64,000 bases of DNA from Basidiobolus meristosporus CBS 931.73. Taxonomy: Eukaryota; Fungi; Basidiobolomycota. Each line of letters opens with the position of its first letter. Position 1 is the stretch's first letter. The stretch covers positions 1-64,000 of the forward strand of contig MCFE01000374.1 of the NCBI GenBank assembly GCA_002104905.1. Direction: 5' to 3'. Below, piece by piece: positions 55,722 to 64,000 of the stretch. Below the pieces are notes generated by a model. The model saw only the letters and a program-made list of their open reading frames with translations, was not told where the DNA came from and did not search any database. The position numbers were made by a program, and so were the translations under genes.

Positions 55722-58150
55722 AACAAGTCTAATGTATAAATACTATATTTTACATTCAATCAATGATTAAGTGAAAACCACATAATCTACTTGTTCTTGC
55801 AAGCACTTCCAATATCTCCAAGACTTGTGCAACAGGATATAAGCCCTAAGCTGTCACTCTTTGCAAAGTCCACTATTGCAATTACTCCAATTTTCCCCTC
55901 CATTGAAAAGTTGGATGGATGTAGCAATCAAGTGTGGAAGGTGAAGATGAAGATGCTGCTACAAGAAAGCAGTCTTTGGGATATTGTCATGGGAGAAGAA
56001 TATGTGGGTTATTACTTACTGTTCTTTGTGAGTGGGAGAGCATGTAGGTCAAGTCAGTACCACTTGGCTCATAATAGCTTCCAATAGAAGGTAGCAAGGT
56101 AATAAAGACCTGTGCTTATTCTGTCCAAATCTTCCTGTCCTCCCACCTTGTTCAATTGGATATATATATATATATATAACACTTGGGGGGGCTTAGATAA
56201 TAGACAATGTACTATAAAATAGGGGTGTGAACACCTTCCTGTCATGGTAAGTGTTCTAACTAGATAAGGGGAGGGATAGGAGGGAGGACACAAGGGGGAA
56301 TCATAGGGAGGATACTGGGGGACTTTGGGTAGGACTCTGGGGAGAACTCTTGGGCAAAGAGTGGGTTCTACATTTAGTACTCACAGAATGCTCTCCTAAA
56401 GATGTAGGAGAGGAAGCCTTAAGGTACCCAAAGAAAGAGCAAAGTGCCCTCAACTACATCTGCCTTAATGTCAAAGACAAATTGCTATTTCAATGCCCAA
56501 GCGCAAGAACTGCAAAGAATGCCTGGAAGACATTAGAACACACCTACCAGTCATGTTCAGATGCTAAGAGAATGTATTCTAGACAAAAATTCTTTACTAC
56601 AAAGACCCTGATAGGAGAAGAAATGAAAAATCTAATTAATAGAATTACCCTGCTGGTAGATGAAATGAATCTGTGGATATACCAACTACTAATAAGGATG
56701 TGATTGTTGACACCCTGAATGGCCTGACTAACAGGTTTCAGGGCCTTGTATCAGTTTTAGAGTTCCGAACTGCAGATTTAATCTTAAATTATGTATATGG
56801 AAGGCTCCTGGATGAAGAATTAACAAAATCAAGCCCTAGTAAGAAGGAAGAAGAAATACTTCAATAAGCAATGATTACCAACAGAGGAAATACTCAAGAC
56901 CCTTTAAAGAAATAGCAACATGCTTTGCAACTATAGCAAAAGCAGAGGATCCACATTAGACCAATGCTCCAAAAAGAGAGATACTCAGCAGAAAAGGCCT
57001 GAATATTGGGATGCTGCAACAGCTGACAAGCAACTAATAATATATGCACTAAATGTCACCACAAACAATGATTTGCAGGTATAATACATTGACTCTAGTG
57101 CATATTAACACTTTACACACCAAAAAGAACTCTTACCCTATATCAAAAAATTTCAATTAAAAAGGTTTTCATGGGTGATAATAGAATACTTGATGAATGG
57201 GAGAAGGAACTATCCAAGTAAACCTTAGAAGCAGTCAAGGAAGCCATACACTGACCATCAAAAAAGTACCCTACATACAAGAAATAGTCCAGAACCTACA
57301 GTCAGTAAGCAAGGTCACTGCAGATGGACTCAGTTTCAGCTTTGACAATTCTTGATGCAGGATCACTGATTAAAATGGTGCTCATATTGCTCTGGGTAAA
57401 AGAGATCAGAATCTATACAAGTCAAATTATATTCTGTGATATCAGGAAGCCAATATAGGCATCTAGAATGAAGAAACACTAATGCTTTGGCACAGGAGAT
57501 TTTGACACATCAAATGTGATTATTTGTGCAAAATGATGAAAGATCAGCTAATTTCTGGAGTAAAATTGATCCCCCAGTTGATTTGAAGAATTGTGAAACC
57601 TGCATATATGGGAAACAAGCCAGAAAACTGCTCAAGAGCTCTGGGTTAGTCAAAACCAAGAACAAACTAGTTCTAATTCACACAGATATGTGTGGACCAA
57701 TGCAAAACTTATCCTTAGGCAGGATGAAGTATTTAATCAATAATATTGATGATTACAGAGGAAACCTGTAGGTCTACTTCATGGGGAGAGCAAAAGAAGC
57801 TCTGTCTAAGCTCAGGGAGTTTAAAGCCATGGTGGGGAGAGAAACTGGTGAAAAAATCAAGAAGATACACTCTGACAATGGAGGAGATTATACCTCAAAC
57901 TCTTAATCCTCCTCAGCACAATTTATGGGATAAAGCAAGTGACTACTGCATCATACTCCCCACAACAAGATGGAGTAGTAGTACATGCAGACATTTCAAT
58001 AAATGATATGGAAAGATCTATGATCTGTGATTAAAAATATCTTATGATATTTGAACAGATTCAGTTGCTATAGCTGTATACATCAGAAATAAGAGTTAAG
58101 ACAAAGCAATTTGTGATTCTACTCCATTTGAAGCATGGTATGGATACATA
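55722..58150 (+). mobile_element. Degenerate, truncated Ty1/Copia element (LTR 3' part, gag, protease, GAG-pre-integrase, integrase; no RT/RNase H seen)
   Basis: KLDGCSNQVWKVKMKMLLQE; AKNAWKTLEHTY; IIDSSA; LWHRRF*H; CETCIYGKQAR; LIHTDMCGPM; IDDY; IHSDNGGDY; TPFEAWYG, with many stops and frameshifts. Confidence 0.9.
56003..56385. mobile_element. Solo LTR (383 bp) inserted in Copia gag
   Basis: Termini TGTGGGT...ACTCACA; flanking 5-mers GAATA and GAATG. Removing it restores GEECSPK, matching GEECPPK in the first gag copy. Confidence 0.85.
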
Positions 58151-58196
58151 CAAGTGCAGAACATCAAATCATATATGGGTATATAGTAGACTTGCT

Positions 58197-58512
58197 CCAT
58201 TGCATAGTGCCACATTGATCCATGAGTACCAGAGAGGCATAGCAGACCTAAACTTGACCACAGAGTGTGAAACATAGCTCTTCATCTTCATGCAAAGCCA
58301 CCCCTGTGTCTCACCCATCATACTGGAGAAAATCCATTTTTTGACCTTTTTTTATGTCAATGTTGTGCAGGATGTGTAAGAGTGCAAAAGGATTGAAGAC
58401 ATGCATCTGGTACTCAATACCCATGGCACACTGCATCCAGTTCCTGTGGCTTATATTACATCACAAAAACACATGCCACTATCATGGTCCACTGGTGCTA
58501 TGTGGCACCATA
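58197..58512. mobile_element. MITE-like non-autonomous derivative sharing ends with the Harbinger right terminus
   Basis: Left end CCATTGCATAGTGCCACAT is an 18/19 match to the reverse complement of 55703-55721. The right part CATGCCACTATCATGGT...CTATGTGGCACCAT resembles 55616-55714. Confidence 0.55.
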
Positions 58513-59659
58513 TTCAAGTATTAGTCCTAAACCTTAAGAAAGATAATTTGGTCTTGTGGGAGGATTCAATCCTGATCAGCCTTCAGGATCCTGCAATGAG
58601 TCCATTGAAATGCTGGTGTGGTGATATAGAAGTACAGCTGGGAGAAGCTACAAAACTCAGGGTGTGTGAGGTGTCTAAAGGGTGCAATAACCTTTGGGTC
58701 TAAGCAGCTAGTGTCTCTATCACTATATAACTTTGGTAAATGCTCCTGCTTCATGAGCTTCTTAGGTGCTCCAAGCATCTCCAAAGGTCTTTGTGGATTC
58801 CTCATATTCAATGTTCAGGACTTCAGCTGGATCAAAGTAGTCAGAATTTTCTTCTATGTAGATGTAAACCTTTCTTTTGTGAGAGGTAACTTGCTTGTAG
58901 AAAACTCTCAATCCTCCTTAGTCATATGTTGTAGATAGTGTGCTGTCATGCTTACTGGTTGGATATCCCTGAGGGCTATATGGGACAGCACCTTTAGATA
59001 ATAAGGACTGAAGTGCTTAGCAGTTTTGCTTGGAATAATTGGTAGTGTCATACCATATGAATGTACACTTGACTTCTTTCTCTACTGGTTTCTGCCCATG
59101 TGCTTGGCTGTCCCAAAGCAAGGAAAGCTTCTCTAGTTGTTGTGCCAGCTCCTGAGATTGAGGGTTTGCTTACTTAAATGAGGTAAATTTTAACTATCTT
59201 GGTTTTGTGCTGCACTTGAAAGAAGCTCTCTGACTGATGAGGTCTTTTCAGTAGTAAGTAGAATATTTTAGCCAATAGAAAAGCAGCTCTCACAGTAGAA
59301 TCATCTTCCAATACAAGGTCCTGTAGCAGTGCTCTGAGAAGATTAGCAAATAAACTGAGGTCAGTGATAACTCCTGGGGCTTTTGGTGGCTCTCCAACTT
59401 GCTCAAGGCCACTTGGGGATTCTTTCTATGATAGTGGCCCAAATTTGCTATATGCAAAGTTCTCCCAATATCAAAGTGTATTGATGACCTGCTTCTAACC
59501 ATATTTACCAATCAGGTGGCCCTTCAGGAGGGTTCAATTTCAAAGGAGGTCATTTCCTACTAATCACAAGAGCATGATTGCATCAGTGCTGTAATGTTGC
59601 ATCTCTTCAGCCACAATGGATTAATCTTTATTTGCTTACCAACAACTACCTTGGGTACT

Positions 59660-60357
59660 TGTTGTATCCAAGAGAAAAGTTTAATACAACTCCTGAATTG
59701 TCTAACTGAGCCTAAGTGACAACCAAATGCAGAACCTTAGAATTGTCAGAAAGTGGTGGAAATATTAGCAGATTGGTTCTGGTCTAATATTGGTCTTGAG
59801 TATAGCTGGGTTTGGCAACAAAGGTAATGGAGCTGGTTTGCTATGCAGGCTGGGACTTGTGTTTTTGGGAGTGTTACATATGCTAGGCTTGGGTGGAAAC
59901 AAGAACATGATTGTTCAGTTCTTAATTTGCTAAGACACAATCTTAATTTTGTTGAGACACACACAAAGCCAAAAGGCTCAGTAAGCTTTATTTATACTTT
60001 TTCAATCAAGTTGAATTAATAAGTGCTAAGACACTGGACTAACTGAGATCTGTTGGGATGTTGATAGGTGCATAGAATAAATGAAAAATTGCATCATTAA
60101 TCACCTGATGTCTTGGCAACTGCACAGTTGTTGGATATATTTCAGATGACTAGTTTGGCAGATAGTTTGATAATGTAGTGGCCACATGATAGTTGATCAG
60201 GTATGACAGCTAATAATATATACTGAGATCAGATAAAATAAATCATAACTGGGATTAGATATGTTTGGGGTAGGGAAAATCAGGTTGGGAACTAGACTAG
60301 GTATTGGATTTTTTAACAGAGTAAAATTGGCTAAGTCTTAAATGTTGATGCACAATA
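59660..60357 (-). mobile_element. Solo LTR (~698 bp), same family as 61336-62034
   Basis: Termini TGTTG...CAATA; flanks GTACT and GTATT (TSD with one C>T); aligns end to end with the reverse complement of 61336-62034. Confidence 0.85.
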
Positions 60358-61335
60358 GTATTACATATATAGTTTGAATCAAAAAATGCTATGGCCTTCT
60401 GCTCACTATCTTCTACAAACACACATACCTGCCGCAATTGACATACTTCTGTCACCTCAACTTCACAGCTTTTTAGTGTGTTATCTACAAAGTTGCCATA
60501 TACCTTTTATTGCTCGTAACATATACTTCTTGCAAACATATGCTTAGTTGCTGCCTCTTGTGCCATGAATACCTACTGAATATCTGCAAAGTGTTTTTTT
60601 ATATTATACCATAATATTTCTTCTCCCTGCTGGATTCTAGTCCCCCTTATAGGTGTGCTCTGGCGCTTGTTTGTGTGAATTTTATATTGAATGAGGTTGA
60701 AATTGGCTTGTGACCAAGAGAAATCCTGCATACCATGGTAGAGTTTTCCTAATAAAAAATAGTTGCTTGTTGCACCCAACCCAACTTTGCATATCTTAAC
60801 TGATTACCCACACATTGGGGCTGCTTAGCTCCATAATGCCATAGGCACAGGTGTCACCATGTGCACTTCTGGCCACAGTATTTTCCAACTCTTCCTGGCT
60901 ATCCTCAAAGTGCCAACTCATCATATCCATGATGAGCTTGAAGGTAATACTCCTGATGAGATTGGGATATGGTAGTACCTACAACTTGACTAGTCTTTCT
61001 ATCTCCCCACATATTCACTGCATAGAAAACCTGCCAAAGGTGAAGCAAGGTCCAATATTCTCAACACACCAAGCAAGATGGAGTAGGGAATGGTTACATT
61101 AGCAGCAGAGAACTACATGTTCAGCTTTATGTTTGCAGTATAGCTGCTCTAATCCCATCACAAACTCCTTACACAAAAGCTGTAGATGCATCAAGCTGGC
61201 ATAGGTGATCTACCTTCAGATAAATATTGCAACAATGTCCACATATAACCCACCAATGTTTCCAATGTACTCATGGTAGCAATGGCTTCAGAAGGATACT
61301 TGTATCAATATTTATCCAGTTCATCCAGTCCTTAC

Positions 61336-62034
61336 TGTTGTGCATCCACATTTAAGACTTGGCCAATTTCACTCTGTTAGAAAATTTAGTACCCTAACTG
61401 ATTTTCCCTAACCCAAACATAACTAATCCCTGTTATGGTTTATTTTATCACTTCTCAGAATCTATTTTTAGCTGTCACACCTGATTAATTTTCATGTGGT
61501 CATCACGTACTCAACTGATCTGCTAAGCCTTTCTAAGTGATTAGTCATCAGAGATTTATCCAACCACTTAGCACTTGCCAAGACATCAGCTGATTGATGA
61601 TGCAATTTTTCATTTACCTTATACACCTTTCAACACCCCAATAGATATCAATTAGTCCAGTCTCTTGGCGCTTACCAATGCAACTCAATCAGAAAAGTAT
61701 AAATAAAGTATACTGAACCTTTTGGTTAAGTGTGTGTCTCAACAAAATTAAAATTGTGCTTCAGCAAAATTAAGAATTCAGCAATTCTGTTCTAGTTTCC
61801 ACCTAAGCTTAGCATATCTAGTATTCCCAAGAACACCAAGCCTAGCCTGTATAGCAAACCAACTCTGTTGCCTTTATAGCCCAACTCAACTATATACAAA
61901 ACCAATATTAGACCAGAACTTCTCTGCTAATATTTCTGTCACCCTTGACAATTCTAAGATTCTGAACTTAGTTATCACTTAGGCTCATTTAACTCATTCA
62001 AGAGTTTTATTACACTTTTCTCTTGGATACAACA
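61336..62034 (+). mobile_element. Solo LTR (~699 bp)
   Basis: Termini TGTTG...CAACA; internal TATAAATAAA; flanks CTTAC and CTTGC (TSD with one transition). Confidence 0.85.
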
Positions 62035-64000
62035 CTTGCACTTGTTTTGCTGATTTGCATATGAATGCCAATTGGAGCCAATGAGAAGCACTTAGGGTAG
62101 CAGATACTCAGAAATATCTTGCCAATTCTTTCAAATTTCTTCAGTACCACAAAGTGATTATTTAGCGTGAAATGCCCCATGTACAACTTGGTCATCAGTA
62201 TAGGAATATTGTAGAAAAGCAAATGCATTGCTCCCAGTAAAGAGCCTATGGTCCAACAGATACCCTCTATCCTGAGTATCTCCAGTTTCCAATTGATTAC
62301 ATATTTCAGCCAATGGCTTATAGCTTGCCCACTTTGTTGCAATTGAATGCTGACTTCTGTACATTCTCTTTGTGGGAAGATGCCATTGTTGGTGTTGGTT
62401 TGTGGCTTATAATAATGTGTGCAAGTTATGGAGTAGGTGCCCTTGATCTCATACATTTGACAGCAATACTGTCCATTGTGTTGCAATATTCTGAGGAATA
62501 TTGGAGGTGATATGGGAAACTAGAGAATTTGCACTTTATTCACTTGCAGATTTATTAATCAAAAGTATGGTATTTATACCTGTGATAAAGTGGAGAAAAA
62601 AACATAGAGAGTTTACTAAGGAAGGTCTCAAGAATATGTGTGCAAAGTTTGAGGGCTTTTGGATAACTTTGAGAAAGACAATAATCTGGGTACTTGATAA
62701 TAGGTAAAAATTTTCTTAGTAAACTCCAACAAGAATACTTGGTCAGGACAGATTGCTAATAAAAAAAAAAAGATCTTTGTGACTATGCTAGCATGAATAT
62801 TTAGGAGACAACTCAGCAATTACAACACTCCCACTCAACAAACTATTCACAAGTAAAAAATACATATGAGAGTGTGCAATCTTTAATAAGTATATAAGGT
62901 TCACCTGTGTTTCATACTGGACTAATATTTTATTGAACAGTATATGTACTTGTGTTGATCTTTATTGAACAAGCAACTTGTAATCTAATGTGCATTGCTA
63001 CTCAATAGTATGCCCAAGTATCAGAATCATCTGATCATAATACTAATCATGTGCCTTAATTGGTTTTACAGGCTTGAATAGCGCTCTGAAACTAAGTATC
63101 AAATTGTAATGATGATATATAACCTCTGTGCTATCCAATGCTTCTTATTTGAGCAAAATTGACCCGCTTTGGGTCAAGTTAAGACTTTGTCATATATGGC
63201 AGATCAGAAATTTCCTTATTTACAGGCAAAAGCTAAATCATTTAGACAACTTCACTGTGTATCTATATTAGACTCAGGGACAGGTATTTTCTTCATATAG
63301 ACTCTATATGAGGTAAAAAAAAATGGCCTATATTGGGCCAAGTTAAGGTTTTGTCATTTGGGGCTGATCCAGATTATCCTCATGTCCTGGCACTGTGACT
63401 TGTACAACATGGTCAAAAATATTTTCTCTCAACTAGGAGCTGGGATGACCTACTCCCGCTTGAGCAACATCTGTTTGGTGATTCAGATCTACAAAAGTGA
63501 TCTAGAGTAGTCATCTTTGTCTTAAGTAGCCATAACTTTCTTTAGTCTGCATACTCCATTCACAGTAGATTTAAAGTCCATTTGTTTCTTGATTTACCCA
63601 GTTTAGTATCAAAAAGTACCATTGGTTGTTTGGTAGGAATTTATAGAGTGTGCTACTGACTTGGATGGTTACAGCTGCTTTTGTCTTATCAGAATATACA
63701 TGTAGAGTAGAGACTGGAGCTTTTCCAGAAGTAAGATTCTCCTGCGCAAGAGCTTTGAGTATACTTATTCTCCTGATTGTTATTTTCAACCTTGAACTTG
63801 GTTTACAAGTTTAACTAATCTCCTCAGCATCTTCAGAACTCTTAAAATCAAGCTGGTTGATCCTTGCACCTTTTCTTTCAGCTCCATAGATACCAGACAT
63901 TGAGACTTTTGCTTGCAGGCTTTGTACAAGAAGCTCCATGGAGCATATCTGCACTGCCAGATATTCCAAATGTAGCCTACATAGGTTTTGGCTCCATTTG

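Larger units (their letters stand above)
58513..64000. other. AT-rich, CpG-depleted decayed repeat region; fragments other than the two solo LTRs could not be classified
   Basis: Only a handful of CG dinucleotides by eye; only short, stop-ridden ORFs with no family I can name. Confidence 0.7.

Noticed and set aside
59660-62034. Single foldback/MULE element with 700-bp TIRs
   Set aside because: Each arm has its own TSD and LTR-type termini, so they are two solo LTRs.
62010-62486. 158-aa minus-strand ORF in the repeat zone
   Set aside because: It overlaps a solo-LTR end, has TG/CA-rich decayed composition, and has no motif I can assign.

Overview
Eukaryotic, intron-containing fungal DNA. The gene content (KICS2-, p31comet- and Gemin3-like genes), short GT-AG introns with CTAAC-type branch sites and TE-rich flanks fit an early-diverging fungus such as a Zoopagomycota; this is inference, not a database identification. 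The ORF track used prokaryotic alternative starts and ignores introns, so I rebuilt gene models by eye. Layout: (i) 1-415, degenerate Copia LTR fragments; (ii) ~0.7-51.9 kb, a CpG-normal island of ~25 genes (arrestin, GH5 exoglucanase, F-box/LRR, two bZIPs including a Yap1-like one, TOM70, orphan 7TM, RPL19, LIP5, bHLH, SLC17-type MFS, p31comet-like, DDX20/Gemin3-like, eIF2-beta, PXA1, KICS2-like, SPC24, mitochondrial DEAD-box helicase, a head-to-head pair of HAM1-like genes, a small secreted protein, a large ankyrin protein and others); (iii) ~51.9-64 kb, an almost CpG-free compartment of nested Copia remnants, solo LTRs, a MITE-like element and a two-ORF PIF/Harbinger-type transposon. Most notable observations: a 2 x 2415-bp gene palindrome with near-identical arms but old, diverged homologous tails and 5' UTRs (concerted evolution); a Harbinger transposase with zero CpG over 1015 bp and all 24 arginines of its 216-aa C-terminal ORF coded AGR, next to a CpG-rich partner ORF; homologues of animal-type KICSTOR, spindle-checkpoint-silencing and SMN-complex components; and a perfect telomere-variant, G4-type repeat 5 nt after a stop codon. 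No rRNA, tRNA or CRISPR array could be supported.
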